Below are positions 47,120-56,825 of a stretch of 64,000 nucleotides of DNA, piece by piece (within the stretch, counting starts at the first letter, position 1; each line of letters starts with the position of its first letter). Below the pieces are notes generated by a model. That model was given only the letters and a program-made list of their open reading frames with translations. It was not told the origin of the DNA and did not search any database. Both the position numbers and the translations under genes were made by a program. Source of the stretch: an uncultured Bacteroidales bacterium (lineage in GTDB: Bacteria > Bacteroidota > Bacteroidia > Bacteroidales > P3); contig CAMWNM010000005.1 in assembly GCA_947175635.1 (NCBI GenBank), positions 7,253-71,252 on the forward strand, read 5' to 3'.

Positions 47120-47665
47120 TTAGAAACGAAGCCGTTTCAAGGTGCCTGAATAGCGTATGTCGCTTCGGATGGAACTGTAGATATATACGGTGGTGTAGCC
47201 GTTTTTGTCGACACGCAGTTCCACATCGAAATTCTCGCCGACCTGATAAATCCTGTACTTCACGCGGAACCCCCGTCGGGTGGGAGACAGGCTGTAGTCT
47301 ATGGCGGGATTGTCGATGTTTATGGTTCGTTTGTAGGCAATGGCCAGATTGGGTGCGCTGAAACGGCCCACATAGGGCAGGTTGGCCTGCATTTTTCCAG
47401 ACTTGAGCATGAAAAGGGCGGGCGTGGACAGTGACACGATGCCCCCGGGGGTAAACATCCGGGTAATCTCGATGCCGAAACTTTTTTGCGCCAAGACTTC
47501 CGGAATCCAAGATTTTTCATTGGCGGTCTTTGGCTTCGGCTTCACCGTCTTTTCTTTTCTGACGGGAGTTTTCTTTCGTTCCCTTCCGGGGCCGGCGGCA
47601 TAGGCGGAAGAAGGCAAGCATAAACAGACGGAAAGCAATAGAGGGAAAAAGAAAGCGGTTTTCAT
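47120..47665 (-). CDS. DUF4251-like secreted protein
   Basis: True start MKTAFFFPLLLSVCLCLPSSAYA at 47665. The ORF-track start at 48028 adds 121 aa with no signal peptide. The ANLPYVGRF motif resembles DUF4251 (from memory). Confidence 0.55.
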   Translation of the reverse strand: MKTAFFFPLLLSVCLCLPSSAYAAGPGRERKKTPVRKEKTVKPKPKTANEKSWIPEVLAQKSFGIEITRMFTPGGIVSLSTPALFMLKSGKMQANLPYVGRFSAPNLAIAYKRTINIDNPAIDYSLSPTRRGFRVKYRIYQVGENFDVELRVDKNGYTTVYIYSSIRSDIRYSGTLKRLRF

Positions 47666-47936
47666 AAGCGTTTTTTTTGCCGGCGCAAGGCCGAAGACAC
47701 GAAGGAAGATATAGCAAAATCCGTGCCATAAGGGGCAGGAAAACTTCCAACTCATTTCGGTTTCGGGCATGTGGATCCGAAACAAAAAAAATCGGTCAGA
47801 GGGCTTGATGTAAAACGGCTGAAAAAGAGTGTGATAAAGAGGCTCGAGACAAGATTGCAACGGACTTCCGTATGCTTCAGGGAAACAAAAATCCCGATAA
47901 AAACGGTTTCGATCGTTTATATAGAAAAACGAACTT

Positions 47937-49487
47937 ATGATAGCAAAAACGTATGGTGCCGCGGTTGTGGGTATCGATGCCCTGGTTATCAGGGTGGAAA
48001 CCAGTGTGGAACCGGGTGTGAACTTCATGTTGGTAGGCTTGCCCGACAGTGCGGTGAAGGAAAGTCATTACCGGATAGCCACCGCATTGTTGCATTGCGG
48101 CTTTAAAGTGCCGGTGAGAAAGATTGTCATCAACATGGCCCCCGCCGATTTGAAAAAAGAAGGTTCGGCTTATGACCTCACGCTGGCCATGGGGATTCTG
48201 GCCGCATCAGGGCAGTTGAATACCGGCGGTCAGGAGGCTTTGGACACGGAACGTTACATGATGATGGGCGAGCTTTCGCTGGATGGCAGGTTACGGCCGG
48301 TCAAGGGGGCTCTGCCGCTGGCCATCGAGGCCAGGCGGCAAGGATTCAAGGGCATCGTGTTGCCTTCTGTCAATGCACCGGAAGCCGCTCTGGTGGGAGA
48401 CATCGAGGTATATGGCGCCGATACCCTGCAGGAGGTGGCCGGTTTCTTCAGGGGAGATATCCGTATGCGGCCCGTAAGCGGAGACTCCTTGGATAAACAG
48501 GATTTGGAATGTTTGCCGGAAGAACCCGATTTCGATGAAGTGAAAGGGCAGGCGTTTTGCAAGCGGGCGCTTGAAATCACGGCTGCCGGCGGGCACAATA
48601 TATTGCTTGTCGGCCCGCCGGGTTCGGGTAAGACCATGTTGGCCAGGCGGCTTTCGGGTATCCTGCCGCCTCTTACGACGGACGAGGCCTTGGAAACCAC
48701 CAAAATCTATTCGGTGGCGGGTAAAATGATTACCGCCCGCCGCCTGATTCGCACCCGCCCTTTCCGGGACCCGCATCATACGGTGAGTTACGCGGCTTTG
48801 GTAGGCGGCGGGTCTTTTCCGCAGCCGGGCGAAATCTCCTTGGCGCACAACGGGGTGTTGTTTCTGGATGAACTGCCTGAATTTACCCGTGCCACACTCG
48901 AAGTGTTGCGTCAGCCTTTGGAAGACCGAAAAATCAGTATCTGCCGGGCGAAGATGCGGGTGGATTATCCGGCAAGCTTCATGTTGGTGGCTTCCATGAA
49001 TCCTTGTCCTTGCGGATATTACGGTTCGCCCGATACGCCTTGTACCTGTAAGCCTTCGGCGGTGGAACGCTATCTGAACAAGGTTTCCGGCCCGCTCTTG
49101 GATCGCATGGATCTGCATGTGCAGGTATTGCCGGTTCCCTATCAGGAGCTAGCCTCGAGTTCGGCGGGCGAATCCAGCCGGAGCATACGTCAGAGGGTGA
49201 TGGAGGCAAGAAAGATACAGACCGCCCGTTTTAGCGGTACGCCTCTCTTTTGCAATGCCCAGATGCAGTCGAGGCAGATACAGGAATATTGCCGTCTGTC
49301 GGCCTCCTCGGGGGCTTTGCTTAAAAACGCCATGCAACGGTACGGTCTTTCGGCCCGGACCTGCCACCGTATCTTGAAAGTGGCGCGGACCATCGCCGAT
49401 CTGGCCGGAGGCGGGGATATCACCGATGTGCATGTGGCCGAAGCGTTGCACTATCGCTGTATCGACCGTTCCACTTACGGACGGTAA
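47937..49487 (+). CDS. comM: YifB/ComM family Mg-chelatase-like AAA ATPase
   Basis: 516 aa. N-terminal MIAKTYGAAVVGIDALVIRVE...MAPADLKKEGSAYDL, Walker A VGPPGSGKT, and LFLDELPEF. Confidence 0.9.
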   Translation: MIAKTYGAAVVGIDALVIRVETSVEPGVNFMLVGLPDSAVKESHYRIATALLHCGFKVPVRKIVINMAPADLKKEGSAYDLTLAMGILAASGQLNTGGQEALDTERYMMMGELSLDGRLRPVKGALPLAIEARRQGFKGIVLPSVNAPEAALVGDIEVYGADTLQEVAGFFRGDIRMRPVSGDSLDKQDLECLPEEPDFDEVKGQAFCKRALEITAAGGHNILLVGPPGSGKTMLARRLSGILPPLTTDEALETTKIYSVAGKMITARRLIRTRPFRDPHHTVSYAALVGGGSFPQPGEISLAHNGVLFLDELPEFTRATLEVLRQPLEDRKISICRAKMRVDYPASFMLVASMNPCPCGYYGSPDTPCTCKPSAVERYLNKVSGPLLDRMDLHVQVLPVPYQELASSSAGESSRSIRQRVMEARKIQTARFSGTPLFCNAQMQSRQIQEYCRLSASSGALLKNAMQRYGLSARTCHRILKVARTIADLAGGGDITDVHVAEALHYRCIDRSTYGR

Positions 49488-49503
49488 AGACGGGATGGAA
49501 AGC

Positions 49504-50478
49504 TTAGGGTTTGTAGGCGGAGATCTGCAACACTTCGCGGGCGGAGGCCTGCAGAAGTCTCTCCCTGTCGTTGCCCGTTTTTTTCATAAAGGCCTGCACC
49601 ATGCGCCGGCCGGTATATTGGCACAGACGGGCCGGCGCACCTTCCAGAAGAGGGTTGAAGGGCCCTTCTTCCACGAAATAGCGGAATTTGAGCGGATTGG
49701 TTTCAAACAGCAGGTTTTGCTGCACCATGTACTGCCAGATTTCCCTTTCGTGCGCCTTGCACCACAGCATCTGCCTCTCGTCATAGCCCAGAAGAAGGCT
49801 CGGTTCGGTATGGGGCAGAACCTGTTCCATAAAGTATTGGATTTTGCCTTCGAACACGATATGGTCGAGCAAGGAGGCGCGTTCGGTTCCGGGCAGGAGG
49901 GACGTTATCAATACACGCGCCAGATCCGGTTCCAGATAGGCGGCGTTCAGCTTTCGGCTGATGTAACGCGGAATCCCGATCTCGTCCATCTGTTGCTCGT
50001 TTCCGTCCACATAGAGGTCGAGGGCGACGGAAAGGGCGGAATCCAGATAGAGAATGCGGTTCATGAAGTCGAAATAAGAGATGTAGGTGTATACGGTGGG
50101 ATTCCCTAATGCCGGAAATTCACGGCGGATACGATCGAACAGGAGTGCGATACGCCGGTTGAACGCCGTTGAATCCGCATATTGCTTTTCTATCCGTTCA
50201 TACACGGTTTGCACCAGGGGATCTTCGATAAAGTTCCGTATGCGGCGTACATTGAGGGGATTTTCCCAATCCGCCCCTTCCAGATAGAGCGGAAACTTCT
50301 CGGTCAAGGCCTGCATGGAGGTCTTGAGGTGAGCGGTGTCGGCCCGCATCAAAGCCGTCTCGTAGCGCAGCACGCATACCGGAGGAACGGAACGGGCGCT
50401 GTCGTTGCCCCTGTGGCAACCGCCGCAGATAACGAGGCAGAAAAGGAGCGGGAAAAAGCAAAGAATTTGTTTTGACAT
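49504..50478 (-). CDS. Lipoprotein of unknown function (possibly GldB/DUF2268-like)
   Basis: Signal plus lipobox FCLVICGGC. The size (~324 aa) and general pattern suggest GldB-like proteins, but I cannot verify this. Confidence 0.35.
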   Translation of the reverse strand: MSKQILCFFPLLFCLVICGGCHRGNDSARSVPPVCVLRYETALMRADTAHLKTSMQALTEKFPLYLEGADWENPLNVRRIRNFIEDPLVQTVYERIEKQYADSTAFNRRIALLFDRIRREFPALGNPTVYTYISYFDFMNRILYLDSALSVALDLYVDGNEQQMDEIGIPRYISRKLNAAYLEPDLARVLITSLLPGTERASLLDHIVFEGKIQYFMEQVLPHTEPSLLLGYDERQMLWCKAHEREIWQYMVQQNLLFETNPLKFRYFVEEGPFNPLLEGAPARLCQYTGRRMVQAFMKKTGNDRERLLQASAREVLQISAYKP

Positions 50479-50484
50479 GTTGGC

Positions 50485-51177
50485 TTACAGGATTTTGAAC
50501 CCGACAAGAAAGTTGAAAGTGCCTGTCTTGAACGATTGTTTCCGGTATTTGAAAAGGTCGGTTCCCGCAAATTCATAGCGGAAAGAAAGGAAGACAAAGT
50601 CGTATTGCAGGCGGAGTTCGGCCATTACACCTATATTGATGTAATACATGGATTTGTTTACATCCTGACGGTTGACACTGATTTGGCTTTTGTTTTCTTG
50701 CGGCATCCCTGCGATGGCGCCCAGGATAAAGACGGCGTTGAAGCGGCTTTCGGCTGGAAAGAAGGTGTAGCCTATGCCGAGGGGAACGCTGATATTGGTG
50801 TATTGGCAGGAAAGGTCGTAGTTGTTGCGGGCGGTGTCTGAAGAGGTGCCGGTGGCCAGCAGGCGGCGGGACGATATATTGGCTTCCACATGCACGAAGA
50901 AGCGTTTGGCGAAATCAAACTCGAAGTAGGCACCGCCGCTCACGCCTATTTTGGTTTGCGGAGGAGCGAAAGTCCATCCGTCCGACATCGGAAAGGTGGT
51001 GTTGCAGGCACCGCCGATAGCAAGGCCGAAATGTATTTTCTCATTCGCGGAGGCTTTGACGATTTGCCCGTATGCCGAAACAGGCAAGAAAGCCAAAAAC
51101 ACGATCCAGCATCCCAGAACGCGTTTTGTCCGTATCTTAAAAGTTGGTGTATGCAGAGATTTGGTGTATTTTTGCAT
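50485..51177 (-). CDS. Outer-membrane beta-barrel (porin/OmpA-like barrel) protein
   Basis: Start at MQKYTKSL... (51177) with signal ...FLAFLPVSAYGQ. It shows an alternating hydrophobic beta-strand pattern and ends ...FLVGFKIL. Confidence 0.6.
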   Translation of the reverse strand: MQKYTKSLHTPTFKIRTKRVLGCWIVFLAFLPVSAYGQIVKASANEKIHFGLAIGGACNTTFPMSDGWTFAPPQTKIGVSGGAYFEFDFAKRFFVHVEANISSRRLLATGTSSDTARNNYDLSCQYTNISVPLGIGYTFFPAESRFNAVFILGAIAGMPQENKSQISVNRQDVNKSMYYINIGVMAELRLQYDFVFLSFRYEFAGTDLFKYRKQSFKTGTFNFLVGFKIL

Positions 51178-51199
51178 AGGCTCAAAAGTAAACAAAATT

Positions 51200-52135
51200 A
51201 TGAAAAAGCCCTTGGCCCTGTATCTGGCTCTTCTTCTCGGTTCTTTTGGGGGAATGGCCCAAAACGGCAACTCCGGCTTCATCGACAGTCCCTCTTGGGT
51301 GTTGGCGCAAAAAGGCACCCGGAATGGAGGGGCGGAGGCGTCCGGACAAGCGTTGGCGGTGGATACGAAAACAACTTCCCGTCCCCAACCGGCAGGTACG
51401 GTCAGAACCGCACCTGCCCCTTTGTCCAACAGAGAAGAGAAATCTTCGGACAAGAAAGTGAAGGCCGACGGACCCAAGAGAAACGGGAAGGGAGAAGGTT
51501 TCTTCCATATCGGAATCTATGTGGCGCCGGTGCTGAACTGGACAAGTTCGGTAACAGGTCCCTACAAACGCAGCGGAGTTACGGCCTGCGGTGTGCCGAC
51601 GGTGATGCTTGACTTCCGCATCATCCGGCGTTTCTATGTGGGGGCAGGCGTGTCGCTCAATACGTATGGCGGCAAGGTGAAGTACACGGGACAAACCCTT
51701 GCCGACGGTATGGCGGTAAGCGATTATGAACGTACCTACACTTTTTCCTACATAGATATTCCCGTACGCCTCAAGTTGCAGACACCCAATTTTGCAGGCA
51801 GCAGGAGCTCGATGTTTTTTTCGGCCGGCTTGAATTTCGGTTTCGGCGTGAGCTACAAATACAAGGATTCCTACAAGGGAACCGTTGACGGTATAGGGGG
51901 CGGCACCTTTGAACAGGAGGGGCGTATGAAAAAAGACAGCAAGGTCGCCGATATTTCGGCTGTAGGACAGATAGGGGTCAATGTTCAGTTGCTGAAACGT
52001 CTCAATGTGGTGGTAGGCGTTGAATATCACTACGGTATGATTAAACCCCTGAAAAACAATAGTACGATTATACAGAACAGCTATCCCGGATTCAATAACC
52101 AACAATTGGGGCTGGTGGTAGGCGTGATGTTTTAA
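51200..52135 (+). CDS. Outer-membrane beta-barrel protein with low-complexity N-terminal linker
   Basis: Start at MKKPLALYLALLLGSFGGMAQ (51200). A ~80-aa Pro/Lys/Gly-rich linker is followed by a beta-barrel pattern ending ...GLVVGVMF. Confidence 0.6.
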   Translation: MKKPLALYLALLLGSFGGMAQNGNSGFIDSPSWVLAQKGTRNGGAEASGQALAVDTKTTSRPQPAGTVRTAPAPLSNREEKSSDKKVKADGPKRNGKGEGFFHIGIYVAPVLNWTSSVTGPYKRSGVTACGVPTVMLDFRIIRRFYVGAGVSLNTYGGKVKYTGQTLADGMAVSDYERTYTFSYIDIPVRLKLQTPNFAGSRSSMFFSAGLNFGFGVSYKYKDSYKGTVDGIGGGTFEQEGRMKKDSKVADISAVGQIGVNVQLLKRLNVVVGVEYHYGMIKPLKNNSTIIQNSYPGFNNQQLGLVVGVMF

Positions 52136-52147
52136 AACAGAAGAATT

Positions 52148-53686
52148 ATGTTGATATCCATCCTTCAAGATTCTTTCCGTGCCGGTGCTGTGGAGGAAAA
52201 TGCGGGGAAAATCAGGGATTTCTATAAAAAAGCGGTGGTGCAGAAAGTGGATCTGGCCATCGTGCCCACCGAGGCTTTGTGCGGTTTCCATCCTGAAAAA
52301 CATCTGGATTACTCTGATTTTTCGGACAGGATAGCCAAGGCGCAGAAAAAGTTGGTGAGGGAAACCGATGCCTTTACGGCTTTGGTATTTGATTCGCCTT
52401 TTGCCATGGACGGTTCTTTTGCGCCGATGGCGGCCCTGGCCTGCAACGGTTGCATCCAGCATGCCGTATCCCAGTTTTCCGACGGAGAACTGCAAGACGA
52501 TGTGTTTGTCTTTCACGGAAACAGGATTCTTCTGACCTATACCTCGCTGGCTACCGCCATGCAGTTTGGCGGGAAAGCCGATTGGCAGGAAGCGATAGAC
52601 ACCCTTGTGCTGCTGGATGGCACACCTTTCGCACTGGAAGAAGAGGAATCTCGCATCGCATTGCTCGATTACATATCGGGGTTGATGCCGGAGGTGGTGT
52701 ATGTGGCCCAGTGCGGCGGCATGGGAGGGACGGTATATACGGGCGCTTCGGCCATTTACAAAGACGGTCGGCTTCGGTTGCAGCTGCCGTATTTTGCAAC
52801 AGCTTCGGCGGTGTTCGATACCCAGGCTCCGTCAAGCAGGAAGTGCGCATCCATCCTGCCCGATACGGCGCAGAAAAAGATAGCCTGTATTCACGATGCC
52901 TTGGTGTGCGCCATACGCGATTATTTTAAGCAGAACGGTATCAAGAAGGCGGTAGTGGGGCTGTCGGGAGGCATCGACTCAGCCGTGGTGTTGCCCCTGG
53001 CCGTAGAGGCTTTGGGCCGTAAAAATGTTTTCGGCCTGATGATGCCTTCTCAGTTTTCTACCGACCATTCGGTGGCGGATGCCGTGGCTTTGGCCGAAAA
53101 TTTGCAGGTTTACTACGAGATCATCCCGATAGAACCGGTTTACAAGGCTTTCATGCAGCAACTTTCCCCTGTTTTCAAAGACACGCCTTTCGGGCTGGCG
53201 GAAGAAAACCTGCAGGCCCGTATCCGCGGCAACCTGTTGATGGCGGTGGCCAACAAAACGGGCGCGATGTTGCTCAACACATCCAACAAGAGCGAAGCCG
53301 CCTGCGGTTACGGTACCATGTACGGTGATTTATGCGGAGGGCTTTCGGTGCTGGGCGATCTGTACAAAAGTCAGGTATATGCCTTGGCGCACTATATCAA
53401 CAGGAAGAAAGAAATCATTCCCATACATTGCATTACCAAAGCCCCTTCGGCCGAACTGAGACCAGGGCAGAAAGACAGCGATTCTTTACCGCCCTATGAT
53501 ACGATAGAAAAAGTGCTTCGTCTGCACTTGGAAGAGAAGAAAGACGAAAAAGAAATCATCAAGAGCGGCATCGGGCGGGATGCCGTACAACGGATACTGG
53601 GTTTGTATTACAAGAACGAATACAAACGCCGTCAGACCCCGCCCGCTATCCGTGTCAGCAATACCGTATTGGGTGTGGACAGGTAG
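52148..53686 (+). CDS. nadE: NAD+ synthase with N-terminal CN-hydrolase-like domain
   Basis: PP-loop VVGLSGGIDSAVV in the C-terminal synthetase half and ...NTSNKSEAACGYGTMYGD. The N-terminal ~245 aa resemble the glutaminase domain but appear to lack the catalytic Lys and Cys. Confidence 0.8.
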   Translation: MLISILQDSFRAGAVEENAGKIRDFYKKAVVQKVDLAIVPTEALCGFHPEKHLDYSDFSDRIAKAQKKLVRETDAFTALVFDSPFAMDGSFAPMAALACNGCIQHAVSQFSDGELQDDVFVFHGNRILLTYTSLATAMQFGGKADWQEAIDTLVLLDGTPFALEEEESRIALLDYISGLMPEVVYVAQCGGMGGTVYTGASAIYKDGRLRLQLPYFATASAVFDTQAPSSRKCASILPDTAQKKIACIHDALVCAIRDYFKQNGIKKAVVGLSGGIDSAVVLPLAVEALGRKNVFGLMMPSQFSTDHSVADAVALAENLQVYYEIIPIEPVYKAFMQQLSPVFKDTPFGLAEENLQARIRGNLLMAVANKTGAMLLNTSNKSEAACGYGTMYGDLCGGLSVLGDLYKSQVYALAHYINRKKEIIPIHCITKAPSAELRPGQKDSDSLPPYDTIEKVLRLHLEEKKDEKEIIKSGIGRDAVQRILGLYYKNEYKRRQTPPAIRVSNTVLGVDR

Positions 53687-53695
53687 GTTCCGGGC

Positions 53696-53950
53696 TTAAA
53701 ATCCTACGGCCACCACTTCTTTCACTTCGGGAATTTCACTCCGGATGGCTACCTCCACCCCTTGTTTCAGCGTCATCTGGGCCCGGGGACAGGAACCGCA
53801 GGCCCCGTGCAGGCGCACACTCACCACCATGTCATCGCTCATATCCACAAAAGAAATATCGCCGCCGTCGGCCTGGAGGGCCGGCCGCATACGGGTTTCG
53901 ATAATCTGCCGCACTTTCTCCATTACGGCCTGTTTCTGATTTGTATCCAT
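53696..53950 (-). CDS. NifU/Nfu-type Fe-S cluster carrier
   Basis: 84 aa. RMRPALQADGGDISFVDM...LHGACGSCPRAQMTL carries the CxxC motif. Confidence 0.85.
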   Translation of the reverse strand: MDTNQKQAVMEKVRQIIETRMRPALQADGGDISFVDMSDDMVVSVRLHGACGSCPRAQMTLKQGVEVAIRSEIPEVKEVVAVGF

Positions 53951-53969
53951 TTTTTTATCTTTTTTCAGT

Positions 53970-55025
53970 TTAACAATTTCTGAGTTCCATCACTTTTTGC
54001 GCCAGCTCCATAAAGGCTTTGCCTACGGGGCTGCCGTCTTTCAGCACTTCGGGCATCCCCGCGTCTCCGCTCATGGCCGTGGCTTCGGTCATGGGGATTT
54101 GGGCCAAAACAGGGTAGCCCATCCGGGCGGCATATTCTTCGCACGCGCCCTTGCCGAAAATATAGTATTTCTTATCGGGCATATCCGAGGGCACGAACCA
54201 AGCCATGTTTTCCACCATGCCGAGCATGGGTACCTTTACCGCCTGGAACATCTGTGCGGCCCGTTTCACGTCGGCGATGGCTACCTGTTGAGGACTGGAA
54301 ACCATCACTACTCCGCTTACAGGCATGGTCTGCACGATGGTGATGTGGATATCGCCCGTTCCGGGCGGCAAGTCCACCACCATATAGTCGATCTCGCCCC
54401 AGCGGGTTTCGGTAAAGAGTTGCTTGAGCGCGTTGGAGGCCATCGGTCCCCGCCAAAGCAGACCCTTGTCGGCTTCCACGAAAAATCCGATGGAAATAAG
54501 CTTGATGCCGTATTTTTCAATGGGCAGGAGCAGTGTTTTCTCTCCCTCCTGAACACCTTGCGGCTGCACGTTCTCCAGACCGAACATGGTGGGGATGGAA
54601 GGACCGTAGATATCGGCGTCCACCAAAGCCACCTTTTTTCCCGATTTTGCCAACGCCAGAGCCAGATTGGCCGCTACGGTGGATTTACCCACTCCGCCTT
54701 TTCCGGAGGCGACGGCAATGATATGGCGTACATTTCTCAGTTCCCCCAAATCGGTGGCGGCTTGCGCGGGTTTGGAAGAAGTAAGGTTGATTTCCACCTT
54801 GTAGTCGGGTGAGATGTACTGGGCGATGGCGGCGGTGCAATTGTCGCTCAGCACCTTTTTGAGCGGGCAGGCCGGTGTGGTGAGCACCAAGTCAAAGGCA
54901 ATGGTGTCTCCCTTGATGGCGATATTGCGTATCATGTCCAGACTTACCAGATCGGCACCCAGTTCGGGGTCCATCACGTGGCTCAGCGCCGCTCTTACAT
55001 CATCGATGCGAACCTTGTTTTCCAT
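53970..55025 (-). CDS. apbC: Mrp/NBP35/ApbC family Fe-S cluster carrier ATPase
   Basis: N-terminal MIP18-like domain (DPELGADLVSLDMIRN) followed by the deviant Walker A VASGKGGVGKST. Confidence 0.9.
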   Translation of the reverse strand: MENKVRIDDVRAALSHVMDPELGADLVSLDMIRNIAIKGDTIAFDLVLTTPACPLKKVLSDNCTAAIAQYISPDYKVEINLTSSKPAQAATDLGELRNVRHIIAVASGKGGVGKSTVAANLALALAKSGKKVALVDADIYGPSIPTMFGLENVQPQGVQEGEKTLLLPIEKYGIKLISIGFFVEADKGLLWRGPMASNALKQLFTETRWGEIDYMVVDLPPGTGDIHITIVQTMPVSGVVMVSSPQQVAIADVKRAAQMFQAVKVPMLGMVENMAWFVPSDMPDKKYYIFGKGACEEYAARMGYPVLAQIPMTEATAMSGDAGMPEVLKDGSPVGKAFMELAQKVMELRNC

Positions 55026-55606
55026 TATTGCAGATTGGAATGTTTGTCGATTTGTTCCACCAGGCGGTTGAATATTTCCTCCAGCGAACCGGTTCCGTCA
55101 ACAGGATAGTAGAATCCTTTTTCCTGAAAGTACCCGGCTACGGGCAGGGTTTTGCTTTCGTATTCCCGGAGGCGTTCCAGAATCACATCTTCCCTGTCGT
55201 CCGAACGTCCCGAAACCTTGCCCCGGTTGATGAGGCGTTTTATAAGTTCCTCGCGCGGTACTTCCAGACTCAGTACGCCGAAAAAGCGGGTATGGAGATC
55301 GCCTATCAGCTCCTCCAGCAGTATGGCTTGGGATATCGTGCGCGGAAATCCGTCGAAAAGAATACCGTTCACATGCGGATTTTCATCGATGGTCTTCCGG
55401 ATGATACGCATGATAAGTTCGTCTGATACAAAATGCCCTTGGGAAGTGATTCGGTTGATTTCCTGACCCAAGTGCGAACCTGAGGCTATTTCCTTGCGGA
55501 GAATGTCTCCCGTGGAAATGTAGAGCAGGCCGTATTTGGCGATAAGCCGTTCCGACTGCGTTCCTTTTCCGGCGCCCGGAGGTCCGAAGAGTGCGATATT
55601 CAACAT
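55025..55606 (-). CDS. adk: Adenylate kinase
   Basis: MLNIALFGPPGAGKGTQSERL...YISTGDILR. Its stop overlaps the apbC start by 1 nt. Confidence 0.93.
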   Translation of the reverse strand: MLNIALFGPPGAGKGTQSERLIAKYGLLYISTGDILRKEIASGSHLGQEINRITSQGHFVSDELIMRIIRKTIDENPHVNGILFDGFPRTISQAILLEELIGDLHTRFFGVLSLEVPREELIKRLINRGKVSGRSDDREDVILERLREYESKTLPVAGYFQEKGFYYPVDGTGSLEEIFNRLVEQIDKHSNLQ

Positions 55607-55653
55607 GATTGTACCTGTTTGGTAAAGTGTTTCGGAAAGGGTTGGGGAGATGG

Positions 55654-56196
55654 TTATTCGGCCACGCTGTATATGTCGGGAAGATTGCGGCCGAATCCAT
55701 CGTAGTCGAAGCCGTATCCCACCACGAATTCGTTGGGAATGGATTTTCCGATGTAATCCACCTTGTAGTTTTTGGTGAACTTGTCGGGTTTGAACAGCAG
55801 GCTGCAGATAGTCACGCTCCTGGGATTCTTTTCCTTGAGCATATCCAGCACATGCGCCATGGTGATGCCCGTGTCCACGATGTCCTCGATCACGATGATG
55901 TCTTCGCCCTCGATATCCTCCTGAAGGCCTATCAGGTCCTGTACCTTATGGGTGGTTTGCATACCTTGGTATGAACTTACCTTCACCATCGAGATGCGGC
56001 ATTCGAGCGTGATCTTCTTGACCAGGTCGGCGGCAAACATGAAAGCTCCGTTGAGCATCGTAAGCAGGATAGGCGAACGACCGGCGTAATCGTGGTTGAT
56101 CCTGTTTGCCAGTTCCTGAATGATCCCGTCTAATTCCGCGGCAGTCAGATAAGGTTTGAAAACCTTGTCCTTGATTTGGATATTTCCCTTGTTCAT
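55654..56196 (-). CDS. hpt: Hypoxanthine phosphoribosyltransferase
   Basis: Start at MNKGNIQIKD (56196). It has the PRPP-binding motif DIIVIEDIVDTGITM. The ORF-track start at 56742 is an artefactual N-terminal extension. Confidence 0.9.
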   Translation of the reverse strand: MNKGNIQIKDKVFKPYLTAAELDGIIQELANRINHDYAGRSPILLTMLNGAFMFAADLVKKITLECRISMVKVSSYQGMQTTHKVQDLIGLQEDIEGEDIIVIEDIVDTGITMAHVLDMLKEKNPRSVTICSLLFKPDKFTKNYKVDYIGKSIPNEFVVGYGFDYDGFGRNLPDIYSVAE

Positions 56197-56255
56197 GGCG
56201 TTGTCATCATAGTGAAACCTCAAAGGTACGAAAAAGGTACGAAAAGTGGAGCGCA

Positions 56256-56825
56256 TTATTTTTTGTCGGTCATGTCCGCGATGCCGATGATTTCGGATAG
56301 CCAGCGCAGGGCGTGATACGTGCTGAGGACGATGTTCTGTTCGCGGCAGGAGGACAGGTGGAATAGTTGCGACAGGCAACCTCCGGGGGTGGCGATGGCC
56401 ATCCAGACCGTGCCGACAGGCTTCTGGGGCGTGCCTCCGCCCGGCCCGGCGATGCCCGAGGTGGCGATGGCGTAGTCGGTGTCCATCAGCCGTTTCACGT
56501 TTTGGGCCATGGCGCGGACCACGGCTTCGCTTACCGCTCCTTCTTTCTCCAATACGGCAGGCGGAACGGAGAGTACCTTTATCTTGATTTCGTTGCTGTA
56601 GGCAATCACGCTTCCTTTGTAATAGCCTGAACTGCCCGGCACGGCAGTGAGGCGATGGGCCAGATATCCGCCCGTGCAGCTTTCGGCTGTGGATAGCGTA
56701 CAGCCCAGATCCAGCATTCTCGTCCCGAGCCTCGATGCCCAATCCGTTTTTTCGGGAGGCGGGTACCTCCGGCTGTCCGGATTTCCGTCAAGGCCGTAAG
56801 ATCCGGTGTGTTGTATTCGGTTCAT
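56256..56825 (-). CDS. pncC: CinA C-terminal domain / nicotinamide-nucleotide amidohydrolase PncC-like
   Basis: LSTAESCTGGYLAHRLTAVPGSSGYYKGSVIAYSNE...ATSGIAGPGGGT is the canonical CinA_C pattern. The start is uncertain. Confidence 0.85.
   Translation of the reverse strand: MNRIQHTGSYGLDGNPDSRRYPPPEKTDWASRLGTRMLDLGCTLSTAESCTGGYLAHRLTAVPGSSGYYKGSVIAYSNEIKIKVLSVPPAVLEKEGAVSEAVVRAMAQNVKRLMDTDYAIATSGIAGPGGGTPQKPVGTVWMAIATPGGCLSQLFHLSSCREQNIVLSTYHALRWLSEIIGIADMTDKK

Noticed and set aside
47666-48028. N-terminal extensions in the ORF track: 47120-48028, 50485-51477, 50951-52135, 55654-56742, 56256-56879, 19467-20756 and 29360-31369.
   Set aside because: In each case an internal ATG gives a proper signal peptide or the canonical family N-terminus. 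The upstream extension overlaps a neighbouring gene or promoter region. The shorter coordinates are used in the features.
53696-55025. The Nfu-type carrier next to the ApbC/Mrp ATPase, considered as a possible novel Fe-S module.
   Set aside because: Both are standard housekeeping Fe-S carrier proteins, and their adjacency is unremarkable. It is noted only as context for the NifU-like gene in the abfD operon.
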